The notes under the pieces were generated by a model. That model saw only the letters and a list, made by a program, of their open reading frames with translations. It was not told the DNA's origin and ran no database searches. A DNA stretch of 63,800 bases, filler included, from Welwitschia mirabilis (Eukaryota): assembly GCA_051453625.1 (NCBI GenBank). It is 8 parts of one record of this genome, joined end to end, with 100 filler letters (N's around TTAATTAATTAA, not from the genome) between each part and the next. Parts side by side here need not be neighbours in the genome. Positions count along the whole stretch, not along the records: positions 35,801 to 41,464 come from JBOZIK010000001.1; positions 41,565 to 56,411 come from JBOZIK010000001.1; 6 more parts are not named here. One strand, written 5' to 3'. Both the position numbers and the translations under genes were made by a program. Shown here in pieces: positions 38,801 to 51,725 of this stretch. Position 1 is the stretch's first letter; the number at the start of each line of letters is the position of its first letter.

Positions 38801-41464
38801 NNNNNNNNNNNNNNNNNNNNNNNNNNNNNNNNNNNNNNNNNNNNNNNNNNNNNNNNNNNNNNNNNNNNNNNNNNNNNNNNNNNNNCAAAGACAGTGGTAA
38901 TGTATGTGGACTGGGAAGCATCATCCCTGGCATTCGAATAGAACACCCTCATAACCAAAGGATAGCATGTGCCAGATACATGAAGAAAATACCCCCAGTT
39001 CAATTCTTCTAGCAGAGTCTGGATCTCCCTGAGGCTCAAAAATTTTACAAAAAAATTCAACTAAAAGCTAGTCAACCTAAGGAGAAGACATGATTTACCT
39101 AATGTAACTAGATAAAAACATCAAAAGAATAAGATTTATTGAAACTAAGTATTTAGTCAACCCATATTCTTCAGGATTTTACAAGAAAAACTGGGTTCAA
39201 ATCGGTCGATCCAACCTAACATGTGGTTGACCTAGTAAAAATAAAATCTAACAGAGAGACATCTGAGAATAAAGCGGGGGTTTAAAAATATAAGATTTTA
39301 AAATATTTAAACCCCCCAATCTAAATTTAATTATTCAGATGAGGCTAGGCGAGCTAAGTCCTTTTCAGACTTGATACCCAGAAAATACTGAAGAGTAAAA
39401 AAATGATTTGAAGATAGAGGTTTTGTGAAAATATCAGCCAATTGATCTTCTATGCAAACATATTCTAAAGATATGATTTTCTTTTCAACTAATTCATAAG
39501 TGAAGTGGTACCTAATATTGATGTGTTTGGTTCAAGTGTATTAGACTGGGTTGTGAGCTATTTGAATAGCACTTAAGTTGTCACATAGGATTGGTACTTC
39601 CAAGATGGTCAGCCCATAGTCCTTCAAGGTCCTTTTCATCCACAAGGTCTGAGTGCACTAGGCTCCAGTAGCTATGTATTCAGCCTCAGTGATAGAAAGG
39701 GATATAAAGCATTGTTTATTAATATACCAAGTTGTAAGACAATTTCCAAAGAAGAAACATCTACCACTTGTGTTTTTGTGATCATCTTTACAGCCAACCA
39801 AATATGCATCGCTATATCTTGTTAAACTTAAAGTAGTATGATTTGAAAATCATAAACCAAAATTTATAGTACCTTTCACATAGTGTAGTATTCTCTTAGT
39901 AGCTATAAGATGTGATTCCTTAGGTTTGCTTTGGTACCTTGTAAACAAATCAATACTAAAAGCTATATCTGGGTGACTAGCCATTAGATATAATAGAATT
40001 TCAATAATACTACAATATACCTTTTAATCCACATCCTTACCATGTTCATCTAAAGAAAGTTTAATATTTATAGCCATTGAAGATCCATACACTTTGCATT
40101 TTATAGTTTAAATTTTTTAATCAAATGTAAAGAATATTTCTTTTGATTGATAAAGATTTCCTATTTGTGTTGCTAAATTTGTAAACCCAAAGACATATTT
40201 ATAGGACCAACCATGCTCATTTCAAATTCAGAACTCATGAGTTTAACAAAATCATTTGACAAGTTTTCATTTGTTGATCCAAAAATTATATCATTAACAT
40301 AGATTTGCACTAATATTAAATCATTTTTCAAAACTTTTCGAAATAAAGTTCTATCAATGGAGTCTTTAGAAAAATCATGTTGAAGCAAGAATGATGAAAG
40401 CTTTTCATACCAAGCTCTAGGAGCTTGTTTTAATCCATACAAGGCTTNNNNNNNNNNNNNNNNNNNNNNNNNNNNNNNNNNNNNNNNNNNNNNNNNNNNN
40501 NNNNNNNNNNNNNNNNNNNNNNNNNNNNNNNNNNNNNNNNNNNNNNNCTCTAGGAGCTTGTTTTAATCCATACAAGGCTTTATTAAGTTTATAGACATAT
40601 TCAGGATTGTAAGGATCAGAAAAACTTGAGGTTGCTTAACATAAACTTCTTTTTAATATTTCCATTTAGAAAGGCACTTTTTACATCCATTTTAATGACT
40701 TTCATTTTCTTAAAATGGGCAAAATATAGAAACATTCTGATTAATTTCAATCTAGCAATCGGAGTAAATGTATCTTCACAATCTACTTCTCCTATTTGGG
40801 AATACTCTTAAGCTACTAATCTAGCTTTATTCTTTGTAATTTCATTGTTCTCATTTACTTTGTTTCTAAAAATCCACTTTATGCCTATGACATTCTTTTT
40901 TGTTGGTTTTGGAATGAGAGTCTAAACCTTATTCCTAGTGAATTGTTTAAGTTCTTCTTACATGGCATTTATCTAACTTGGATTAAATTCAGCCTCTTCA
41001 AAAGATTTTGGTTCAATTTGGGATAAAAGAAAGACATGAAAACTAAAATTCTTAAGATAATTTCTAGTAATGGTACATTGCTGAACATTTCCAATAATAG
41101 AATCCAAAGGATGATCCTTGAGCTCCTTAATTTTTGGAGTTACTATATCTCTTGGGATTTCATCTATTTAATTAGTAGGACCAGAGAGAATAAAATCTTC
41201 ATCAAGGTTAATGGATTTTGTAGAATCTAAAATATCATGTATTTTAATATTAATTGATTCTTTCATATGAAGAGTTCTCTTATTAAAAACTCTATAGGCT
41301 CTACTGGATTGAGAGTATCCTAAAAAGATTTCTTCATCTGATTTTTCATCAAATTTTGCTAGATCCTCTCGATCTCTTAAGATGAAGCATTTACTTCCAA
41401 ATGTTTTAAAATAGGATATATTTGGTTTCTTACCTTTCCAAAGCTCATAAGGAGTTTTAGAAGT
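35801..41464 (-). mobile_element. Sirevirus (second family): integrase end, RT, RNase H, env-like ORF, multi-PPT, 3' LTR; pol-end/env segment present twice
   Basis: KPNISYFKTFG; MDVKSAFLNG; YGLKQAPRAWY; RNase H end at ~39335 and again at ~38580; env-like region 37050-38010; PPT-like tracts at 36709-36720, ~36760 and ~36952; LTR starts TGTTGAGA at 36708. Confidence 0.85.
36200..36450. repeat. ~66-bp tandem repeats in the Sirevirus LTR U3
   Basis: GAATATCT..(GG/AG)TCACCCATATTTCTATCAG(G)TTGGAGTTCACTGCATG occurs in 3-4 imperfect copies. Confidence 0.75.
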
Positions 41465-41564
41465 NNNNNNNNNNNNNNNNNNNNNNNNNNNNNNNNNNNN
41501 NNNNNNNNTTAATTAATTAANNNNNNNNNNNNNNNNNNNNNNNNNNNNNNNNNNNNNNNNNNNN

Positions 41565-42345
41565 ATTTATGTTGCATGACATAAAGTGAAATATTAACAT
41601 CTGATCAAACTCTATTTACCTTATTTGATTTAAAGGTGGAATTTATGATAAGTATGCTATTCCTTGCATACCTCACCATCATTCGTGACATCCATAGAGA
41701 TTGCATACCCAATATCAAAAGTTAATCTAATGAATAAGTATTGACAACATGTTTTCTTGCCACATCTCTCTTGCTTACAATCAAGCTTTTCTTGCACATT
41801 AACTGTTACTTCAAGGTCAAACTGACATAGGTACCTAATGAATGAGTATGTGGGAAATTTAATTTATAAAATGATGGATATAAACATCAAATTAACAATT
41901 ACTTTTGAGAACTTTATAGTTTTACCTTACTCTTTCAATTACATCATTACACTTCACAGGGGTGCCTTCTGTCCATGTTTGATAGCTCACGCTTCACACA
42001 TTGATTTTTGTAAGAACAATATGGTTCTCCTTCTTACCCTTCATAAAGTCAGCAAGGCGATCATAAATAAACAATGCAAAATGCAAACCCTCATGTATAC
42101 ACCATTTAATATCAGTTTGGATAAACTTCCTTCCATGCGGATATTTAGGGGAAACATCCCATGCATACTCCTAAGAGCCTTTCGATTTACGTATTCTTTT
42201 TTTATAAGAATGCCCTATACATTGAAAATCATATAATTACAGTTGCAATATGTGCAAATGTAGCTAATGCACCCGAAGTGCAAGTCAAATCTTTCGAAAA
42301 AACATCAAATATCAACCTAATCTTTAACTACACTAGAGAGCCTCC
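41565..42345 (-). pseudogene. Spliced, degenerate fragment resembling the N-terminus of At4g13970/At1g60560-type SWIM zinc-finger (MULE-related) proteins
   Basis: DIKWCIHEGLHFALFIYDRLADFMKG...VIERVR|YLCQFD...GKKTCCQYLFIRL. A GT-AG intron at 41925-41835 keeps the frame; stops are present. Similarity is from recall only. Confidence 0.5.
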
Positions 42346-43163
42346 TGTAAAAATTACACAATTTAAAATCAAATTATAGGATCCCTAAAATCAAAGTACA
42401 CAAGTGTTTGATGTCAATATAACAGTCAGGTGGTTGATAAGTATAGAATTTCATGTGCATGAGACATGAGATGGATGATTTATTTTATTTTATATGCTGA
42501 AGGCCTACTTCCTTACTAAAGAATTTCAGTTTAGAGTGTTTCTTAGAAATGGTACTTCTATTACGATGTACTTTTACTTTGGACTTCTTCCTTTGTCAAT
42601 AAGGAAGATTAAATATTTGATTGGTGTGTGATGTGCTTATGGTTGCAGTTTTTATATAGTCTATGAAACTACTTGGACATTGCAATAACAAATTGAATCA
42701 CCTTGGAAGTGACTTGATTTGGATAGTACAACATTTCAAGCCATTGAAGGCTAATAGTTTTGGCTTCAAGTTAGATATTATTTGAAAATGAAGGTAGTTT
42801 TTATTTCCTTAACTTATTTGTCCATTGTCTATTGTAAATGGGGACTACATTGTAGTCTTTATTCATGGTATTACCTTTTGTAAAACAAATACACAAAATT
42901 ACAATTAAATTGAAAAAATAAATGTAAACTAACAAGGCATTAAAAGTCACTTTAAGGTTCTATCCATTTAAATCCTTTATGTAGGGGTTTGGCAAGAATA
43001 AGCGATGGAAGTTGTTTGAATTTATCCTTATGTTGTTTAGTCTTGGATTGCTTGAATAGCACTTACAAATTTTCTTGCAGGTTGTTGTCAAACTATGTTA
43101 TACCTTTTATTTCTCTTTAGGTGCTTACTTTCCCTGCATTTTTTTCATGGTGGTTGTGTTCTA

Positions 43164-43850
43164 TTGTTATAACCCCATAATCCATTCCTATAGTTTATTG
43201 TTATAATTCTTACTACTGGCCCCATAATTTATTAAGTGGCCTCATAGTTATTATTTTATGTTATTTCCCTAAAATCCCACATTAATTAGGAGTTTTATTG
43301 TAGAGGGCCTGTGTCTTATAAATAAGTGGGTATTATAATGCTTTGACATCATCGAATAAAAGTAACATTATGTGTTTGAAGGCCAATCATCCTCAAAGTA
43401 ATTATTGGAGGCTTGAAAAAAAGGCGATCAGAGGGAGATATCAGCAGCATTTTAGAAAACATAGCATCGATAGATGCCTGCATAAAACAAAGTGAACAAC
43501 GGAGGCAAGAAAAAATCAAAAATCAGTAGAGGATGACAAAAAAGCCATCGATGTAGGATCAGGCAAAGAACGCCATAGCAGAAAGGAATGCTAAAAGAGA
43601 GAGGCGGAACGCATTCAGGGAATAAAACGCAATACCGGAACACTAGAGAAGGGAGCAGAGGAAATGACAGAATAGGGCGACCAGAACGATATTAGATAGG
43701 GGTAGACCCAGGAATGCACATCACAGAAATAGGCATCACACAAAGATCAGAAGGGGGCGCAGTAGACACAAAAGTGCATGCAGAAGGAGGAATATGCATC
43801 ATAGAGAAAGACAAGCACGACGTTGATGGAGCGGCGGACACCCAGGCAAA
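43164..43850 (+). repeat. Probable LTR remnant related to the CRM-type LTR at 58416-58819, followed by a purine-rich tract
   Basis: AATCCCACATT..TTAGG...CTTATAAATAAGT at ~43273-43327 matches 58658-58712. Boundaries are uncertain. Confidence 0.4.
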
Positions 43851-44899
43851 AAAAAAAAAAAAAAATCTCACACACTCTCTTTCTAGGTTTTTTTTTAATT
43901 TTATTTATTAATTTATTAAAAAAAAGAGAAAAGGTTTGCCAGTTGAATAGTCGTAAGAGCCAAAAAAAAAAAAAACTCTTTCTTAGATACATTTTTAAAT
44001 CTTTAAAATCATCCTTTTTTTAAAAAAAAAATGAAAGTATATTTATTAGAAAATCAATGAAATATTACTTTTTTTAAATTATTGAACCTCATTGAAAATC
44101 CACTCACATAGCTCATAAAATTGTTAGATCCATTTGTACCCCTTCATTTTCATGGTGAAAAGTTGTAGTGGATTTTAATGATTTATTATCATGACTATGC
44201 CAAACCATAATCATTTCTAAGTGTAGAATTTCCTTTTTTTTAATTTTATTTTTAATATATTTTTAATGCATGCTATTTTTTTGAGACGTTTAACTTTAAA
44301 TCACCATTAATATTTACATTTTGACAAAATGTCATTCAATTTTGGTTATAATAGCTTGATGTTAAAAGGAAGGTGCTAAAAAAAAATCACAATCACCCAA
44401 AATCATAATTAATATATGTTGTGAAAAATTTCACAACATATACCATGTCTCACATTAGGTGTATTCCTCTTAGGAAACTTAAAAAAAGGTAAACGAAGCA
44501 CCATTGACTTTTACCTTTCATTTGCATTGATCTTGATAGGTAACACTACATGTTAAGTATTACACTAAATAGAATAACTTTTAAAAAGTAAGAGTTCTTC
44601 AAGGGTAACATACATGATATTTTCATGTGAACACTATTCTAGAAAAATAAAAATGATAATAAAGAAAGAGATTCCTTTAGAGATATAAAACTTCTTACTT
44701 TGTTGGAGCTACAAACAAGCTCAAATAATGGAAATGATTTTAGTTCCAAAGGTTGAACAAAAAATGATGATAAGAAAATAGAGAATCTAAAAACTCTGGT
44801 AGAATGTTTTATTACAAAATAAAATTTCTGTCAAATCATACAAAACATTACCATGAGGAGGTCCTGTAGAAGATTACAAAGTTGAAAAAAATTGAGACC

Positions 44900-47550
44900 T
44901 CATCCAAGATTCATGAGCTACAAAAGGAGAGAAAAAATTGTTAAAGAAGTTTTTTAGATCTTAGTGTTGTGTTCTTGAAAAACCTAAAATAAGTAGGAAA
45001 AAACATGAAACAACATTAAAACTCTGATTGGCTAGAATTTTACAAATAGATAATGCATACCTTATAAATGAAATCTCAAATCTCTTAGAAGAAAAAGATG
45101 GATATCATAAAGTAGCCCATTCTTAAAGCATATATGATAGATGAGAAGGGGAACAAGCCTTGTCATATTATTATTGATTAAAGGATGAAAAGAAAGAGGA
45201 AAAAAATTGGAAAAATCAAAAGAATCTTAAAGAATAAAAGCTATTACTTAATGAATATCTCATGTGAAGCGAACTAGTAAAGAAGATAGAGGAATGAAAG
45301 AAGGTTAAAATAGAAATAAAAAAAAAAGATGTTGCATACTTAAATCCAAAATACATAGCAGTAATTAAAGAACTAATGAAATAGGAATCTTTCTCTTTAC
45401 ATTACAAATTTTTGAATGCTAATGGTTTTATAACAACTAAAGTTATCAGTCTTTATAGAATTTCATTTTTTAATAATTAAAATAATTTTATACATTTTAT
45501 ATAGCCTTTAAAAGCTAAAAAGTATCTATAAATTTCCGTTCTATCTTTTTCTATTTATAAAAGAAAACAAAAATCATGGAAAATTTTCATAGGCTTGGCT
45601 ATTTTAATTTATAATTCTCTTTGACCAAAAAATTAAATAGAAAAGATAGATGAATAAGTCAATATGTTTGGCTAAAAATAATGCAATATAAAACAGTTTT
45701 GTTCTTAGTTGTTTGTTATTTCATCCTAAGGGAAGCCACTTTATATGAATAAAGTCATCTATTACATGATTGTCATTTCCTTGTCATGAATATTTTTACT
45801 TTTACTCATGGAGAGATTTATATTTGCAGTGATCTCAATGCTAGAATTAGTTTTAAAAACTTTCTTATTATATGCTAAAATAATCAAGATTTTTTGGAAT
45901 ATGAGAAGAATATAAAATGGGATAGATCCATGAATATAAATAGCACAATCATAGGAATATAAGAATAATACAAAATGGGATATATCCTCTGAATATAAAT
46001 AACTAAATCATTGGGATAAGCATCTGTTAGAATGGGGACAAAATTAGACCTTCTTGTTCTAAGTGACATATATAAATATTTACAATGTAGTAGCTTTACT
46101 TTTGTAGGATCTTTAACAGTACTCCAACACTAATTTTCTAACAATCAGTCCTAAGAATGCTAATAAGATTTAAATGTTTTAAGGTATGTAAATAAGTAAT
46201 TAAATCCTAACCTTGTCCTTGTAGTTTATGATATAAATAGATAATCAATATATTAGACATTCTAGGAGATAAAAATGTTTTTAGAATAATAGAAAAAACA
46301 AAGTAAGATTTTCAAGATGAAATTTAAAAGAAGTAAAATTCAAATGGAAGTCTTACATAATCTTTACTTATAGCAAGTACTCATATTTCCAAATGACAAA
46401 ATGCAAAAGAGCAACAATGATTTGATGAAGAATGCAAGACAACTAGAATTTTATTAAAGACCTAAAAATCACCAAAAGTAATCAAATCATATAAAAATAT
46501 GACTTATATGAAAAATAGACAATTTATTAAGTGGTGAGAGTTTATTTGGATGATCAGAAAGAGCCAAGAAAGTTTTGGTACTTATTTCCAGAAAATAAGA
46601 GGATAGAATGTGTATTTTCTTGCAAAGACATTTATAACTTCTATTAATTTTTGTTTTAATGCAATGAAAAGATGAGATATTTTTACAGTAATGATAGTAC
46701 ATTTTTCATTTCCTTTGATGACATAATGTAGGGTATCTAAAGATTAGCATCAAGTAGATATGATGATGTAGAAAAACTTGTATGAAGAAATGCTTATATG
46801 GGATGAACCATTAATATAGGATGTAATCTAGAAGAAATTAAAATTTAGCTATGCAATCTAGATTAGAGAGTAAATGATGTATTAATAAGGTAGTTATGCT
46901 ATTAGAAAAGCAAACATAAATGATCCTAACTGATACAGGCTAATTGTGATTAGTAATATTTTTGCTAACCTTTTGGGCACTATTCTATAGTTTATTATTG
47001 GAGGGTGGGCTAAAAGTTGGGCTAAAGAAAAGATGGTACATGCAATGTCATTGGTAGGTTTTAAGTGATACCATTTTAGTAAAAACTACTTTATCATTCT
47101 AAAATATTTTATATATAAAGAGAAATGTCTAATAAATAAAACTTTTATCTAATTTATAGACTTTTATAACACATATGATTCTATAAGTGAAAGCAAGTTA
47201 TGGAGATCGACACTTGTGCAATTTACAAGCTTCAATAGAATTGCTATATACAGAGAGGTATTCATCCAACTCAAAGATGGTCAAGAGAATGTTTTATTTC
47301 ATAGTTTTATTAAGGATTCCCTCTTTCTTCAACTTTCTTTGTATTCTTTATTGATGATCTTAAAGATTATCAACTAAATATGCAATTATAATTGGAGATA
47401 ATCTTGTTAGATTCTTTGTATTCCAATGTTATTATTTTAATTTCAAACTCAAAAGACGGACTGCAACAAATGTTTGATACTTTTAATTGCTTTTGTTGGC
47501 ATTCAAGAATGAAAGTTAACATACAAAAGAATTAAGTCATGGTAAGCTGC
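44900..47550 (+). mobile_element. Highly decayed LINE (putative ORF1, APE endonuclease, RT)
   Basis: APE: YVWLKI (~45663), IYICSDLNARI (~45815), NHWDKHLLE (~46005). RT: NDPN*YRLIVISN (~46920), SWAKEK..VGFK, FIDFYNTYDSISESKLW (~47152), GFPLSSTFFVFFIDD (~47312), LYSNVIILISNSKDGLQQM..FC...KVN (~47415-47520). The ORF1 assignment (~44900-45370) is weaker. Confidence 0.78.
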
Positions 47551-48682
47551 ACACATAATAATGAATATGGTTTCACTATAAGTGCCTTGACATATGATGT
47601 CCATGCAATTATAAATAGGGCAAATGCATTTCTCAAAGAGTTAAAAATGAAATGAAAATGTTATTTGCCTTGAAAAGAAAAATGCAACAAGGAATTATAG
47701 TAGCTTTGGAAATTTAAAAGCAACTCTGTCTTGAAGTTATTTTAGCTAATTTGAAAGCAACTCTATCATGGTATTATTTAATAAACTATTCCTTATGGGT
47801 GTGTTGTTTAAGGTTGTGATCTAACAAAAGAATATTTGAGGGGAAAAAAGAATTCAGAAAGTATTGTTGTTAGGGGAATTCAAAGTGAAGAAACTAATAC
47901 AATATGATATTATGCTACTTAAAGTATATATGATGCCCTCAAATGTTGCGCTATTTGCTAGCTTATAGCATACCCTCATAATCTTTCTACAGTTAAGGTG
48001 AACAAATACTCAAAAAAGTAATGTTACTAACCTAAGACAGAGGAGGAGAGCATGTTTTCTATTGTGATCCTAAATAACTTATAAAGAGAGTAAAATAAAA
48101 GGTGTGTTAGAATCTCTAAGAGAACACAAAAGGGAAGAAGATATTTCTACCTAAATCGCATCAAAGAAGGTTTCAGTATAAAAACTATTTAACCACTACT
48201 ACTCCTTCACATTTTTGGCGCTTAATTAGTAGAGCAAGAATGTGATCTTATTATTTGAAAGATGTATTAGGTTCAAAATTCTTTGAGAACAATAAACTAA
48301 TCACTACACAATTAAAATATTATCCAAGATAAACCCATATTACATAATTGATTTCTAAGTTTTATGAACAAGACTAAAACTCATGATACATATCTTTCAA
48401 CGGTACTAAATTCTTAGGGATACAAATATGCTAAAATTTGAGTTTTCAATTTCAGCTCTTTGACTACATCAACACGATCGTCTTTAAAAGGTGACAAAAA
48501 TCACCAATGGCATGTATTTCCAGTTTTACACGTAATCTGCCATCAAGACTGCTTTGATAGCGATGGGTCGGACACCCTGCCAAACCGTGATAAGAACTTC
48601 CGGACACTTTTCTTCTGAGTCCGCTGTGTCCACGTCCGACCTTCAAATTCCCACAGTAACTCAGGGGAACAGTTCCTGTGAT

Positions 48683-50284
48683 TCAGGAAGTCAACAAAAG
48701 CACTCGCTTGAAAGGCCACCAGAATAACCAGGACATCCTGCAGAAAAGCCAACCCCACAATCCCAACAATACGAACGCCGCAATCACCGACGCTCCGTTC
48801 TCCACAGCCTCTGAATGAAATCCGGAGTCACGCTGCTCAACGCTTCTCCGCAACTCCTTTTGCTGTTGCGCAGCGTGCTTACTATTCACAGTCCTCCTAC
48901 GCTTCAGCGATGATGTGATTGCGCGGAATGCCGCAAGGCTGTCTCTTCCACTGAGGTGAACTTTGCCTCTTTCCAAATGCATTTTCGTCTCTTTCACCTC
49001 CATCTTCATCTTCATCGTCATTTCTTCGTCTCCAACGGATGACTCGTCCTCCATCACTCTGCAAACCACTTCTATCGCAGACTCCACACTCTTCTCCGAA
49101 TCCATCACAGCAATCACGTTTCTCCATATCACTCTGAATTGCTGCTCCGCCGCCTCCTCGTTACAAGAAGAGTACACAGACTGAACCTNNNNNNNNNNNN
49201 NNNNNNNNNNNNNNNNNNNNNNNNNNNNNNNNNNNNNNNNNNNNNNNNNNNNNNNNNNNNNNNNNNNNNNNNNNNNNNNNNNNNNNNNAATCACGTTTCT
49301 CCATATCACTCTGAATTGCTGCTCCGCCGCCTCCTCGTTACAAGAAGAGTACACAGACTGAACCTCCGATGGACTCCACGTGGGCGTTGAAAGATTGACG
49401 CCTTCGTTGGTGCGTCTGTTGATCAAGATCCAACTCACTTGCGTCTTTTCCATCAACTCTTTTCTCCGTCGCCACATCTCCGCCATTCTTGTGGCTGGTG
49501 TTCTACTTTCTGACGATGACCTTGGAGTTTTGGATTGAAGTCCTGTGGTGCTTTTGCCTTCATTTCGGTAAGAAGAAAGAGTGATGGCGAATGGGCTCTG
49601 CAACGCCCACGCGGCCATCGATTCGTCTCCGTCAAAACCCATGAGTCCCCACAGGACTTTGCTCAACACCACATCTTCTCTGAATCGCACGTCCACTGCC
49701 CACACCAAATCATCTGCTCTCCACTCTCCTTCCATCATCTCCTTTGGATGGCGTCGAGGTTCGTAAATAACGGAAGGAAAGCCGTGGGCGTACAACCTCC
49801 GGAAGCCACCAAAAGAGGAAGAGATGAAGGAATTGAAGAGAGCATCGGAAGTGGAATGCCAGAGACGCTTACATGAATTCTCCCAGAGATNNNNNNNNNN
49901 NNNNNNNNNNNNNNNNNNNNNNNNNNNNNNNNNNNNNNNNNNNNNNNNNNNNNNNNNNNNNNNNNNNNNNNNNNNNNNNNNNNNNNNNNNAGAGGAAGAG
50001 ATGAAGGAATTGAAGAGAGCATCGGAAGTGGAATGCCAGAGACGCTTACATGAATTCTCCCAGAGATACTCCTCTCTGCAGAGCTGTGACATTTCTCTGC
50101 AAGTGCATGCTGCCATCGCCAGAGTGCTTCCCTCCACTCTTCCAAATATCTCGCTCATAACATCTCTGTCCAACATGGTCATCTTGCTCCAGTTTCTCTT
50201 CTCATCTGCAAATATTACTTCATCAAAGTCAGAGAGCTCAATATACTCCCTCTGAGAGCCTCTATATAAAAGAAATCTGTGCAT
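48683..50284 (-). CDS. Single-exon F-box protein, At2g27310/At2g36090-like, with C-terminal hydrophobic segment (~415 aa after removing two assembly duplications)
   Basis: LDRDVMSEIFGRVEGSTLAMAACTCREMSQLCREEYLWENSCKRLWHST F-box; GGFRRLYAHGFP; DLVWAVDVRF; VSWILIN; LSGRDSL. Markedly GC-richer than the flanks, with no stops. Start codon uncertain (could be the later MTMLDRD). Confidence 0.88.
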   Translation of the reverse strand: MHRFLLYRGSQREYIELSDFDEVIFADEKRNWSKMTMLDRDVMSEIFGRVEGSTLAMAACTCREMSQLCREEYLWENSCKRLWHSTSDALFNSFISSSXXXXXXXXXXXXXXXXXXXXXXXXXXXXXXXXXXLWENSCKRLWHSTSDALFNSFISSSFGGFRRLYAHGFPSVIYEPRRHPKEMMEGEWRADDLVWAVDVRFREDVVLSKVLWGLMGFDGDESMAAWALQSPFAITLSSYRNEGKSTTGLQSKTPRSSSESRTPATRMAEMWRRRKELMEKTQVSWILINRRTNEGVNLSTPTWSPSEVQSVYSSCNEEAAEQQFRVIWRNVIXXXXXXXXXXXXXXXXXXXXXXXXXXXXXXXXXXVQSVYSSCNEEAAEQQFRVIWRNVIAVMDSEKSVESAIEVVCRVMEDESSVGDEEMTMKMKMEVKETKMHLERGKVHLSGRDSLAAFRAITSSLKRRRTVNSKHAAQQQKELRRSVEQRDSGFHSEAVENGASVIAAFVLLGLWGWLFCRMSWLFWWPFKRVLLLTS

Positions 50285-51293
50285 CGGACGACAAAGTAAT
50301 AGTTCGTCCTGAGATCCGATTTTTCACAAGAAACAGCGTGCGAACATGCAGAAGAGTTCAAGTCTACGTCATAAATGCGAAAACCCTTCATGACTTTAAG
50401 GTTTCGAGCATTGCATCTTTCTTCCAAGATAAAAACGACAGCGAAAGTGGACCTGATCTACAGAAGAAAGCCAATTTGACGAAAAAGGGTGTCTGCGTCA
50501 GCCGTTAACCAACTCCATTTCCAGAAATCCTTACTATATAAGAATTTGTAGGATATCAATCAACCAAGCAAGAGGGAAAGAGGGCTAGTATTTGTTGGAG
50601 ACGGCACAGACCTCAAACGTTTTAAATTTATTATGTTGTATAGATCCTGCTATTTCATTTCCAGAAAACATGGAAAGCTGGTCAACTTGTGCTGCGATTA
50701 TCTTGAAATTGAAACTTAATTTTTATTTGGTCCCAAGAAGATTAAAGGATCTGTTGGATAGAGGAAATGCGAGGAAATGACAATAGCATGGAATACAAAG
50801 ATAGATTCAATGAAACTGCCCACAATCATTAAAAAATTAAAATAAAAAATCACACAATTTAAAGCTCTATCAAGACTTTTTAACCCAAACGATGGCTGAC
50901 ATTTTAGGGTTTTGAAGTCTGCTACAAATCTGGCCGTTCAATATTAAGTAATTTGCCACAGTGACTACACATCTTCCCTTCCCTCACTTCTTTTCATCGA
51001 GTTCCAGACTTCTGATAAGGATAGAGCCCGCAATACTGCGCAAAATCCGGGTTCTAGAAAACTATGGCTGGACCAACCCTGTTGCTCTTGAAAAGCAAAC
51101 CATTATGACTTGCAATTTGAATTGCAATTTGTCAAGTTTAATGGGACCACGGGATTTAACTCGGAAGAAATTTCAAACCAAACACATCGTTATCTCCCTT
51201 CGTAATTGCATCAGCAAGAAAAGTGTGTTTTATGATTGGAGGTCCGTGCTAAAACTGAAATAGTAATCAAGGAGAAAAAGAAGGCATTGATTA

Positions 51294-51725
51294 TGTTTGT
51301 ATCCCTAAGACACCATTGTCTATGGATTTTTTGTCCTTATTATGTTAGTCTCTCCCTCCTGAATGCCATTAGCATGGAGGTAGCTACCTCGCCCATGCTA
51401 CTAAGGAAGTGGTGGATAAATCGACATATCTAGGTGAACCCTTCCTAACCACCTATGGCTCTACCCTCCCAGTAGTAGCTATATAAGTATCATTGTTTTT
51501 CAAAGGGAAAGTCAGTCAGCCTTGCATGCGAGTACAAGCAAGTGGCAATGATAGAAGTTACTAAGGCCGGCATGCATAAAAGTTCTGCATTCTTACATTA
51601 CATTGGGAAAAAATAAACATATCTCTATCTTTGCTCCAAAACATTTGTCTTTGGTGGTTGTCCAAGCTCCCTGGCTCCAATTTGTATCACTAACCCTAGA
51701 CAAGCTACACAATGTCATACAAAAA
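51294..51725 (+). repeat. Possible solo LTR
   Basis: TGTTTGTAT...ATACAAAAA imperfect inverted termini and an internal CTATATAAG. No TSD found. Confidence 0.3.
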
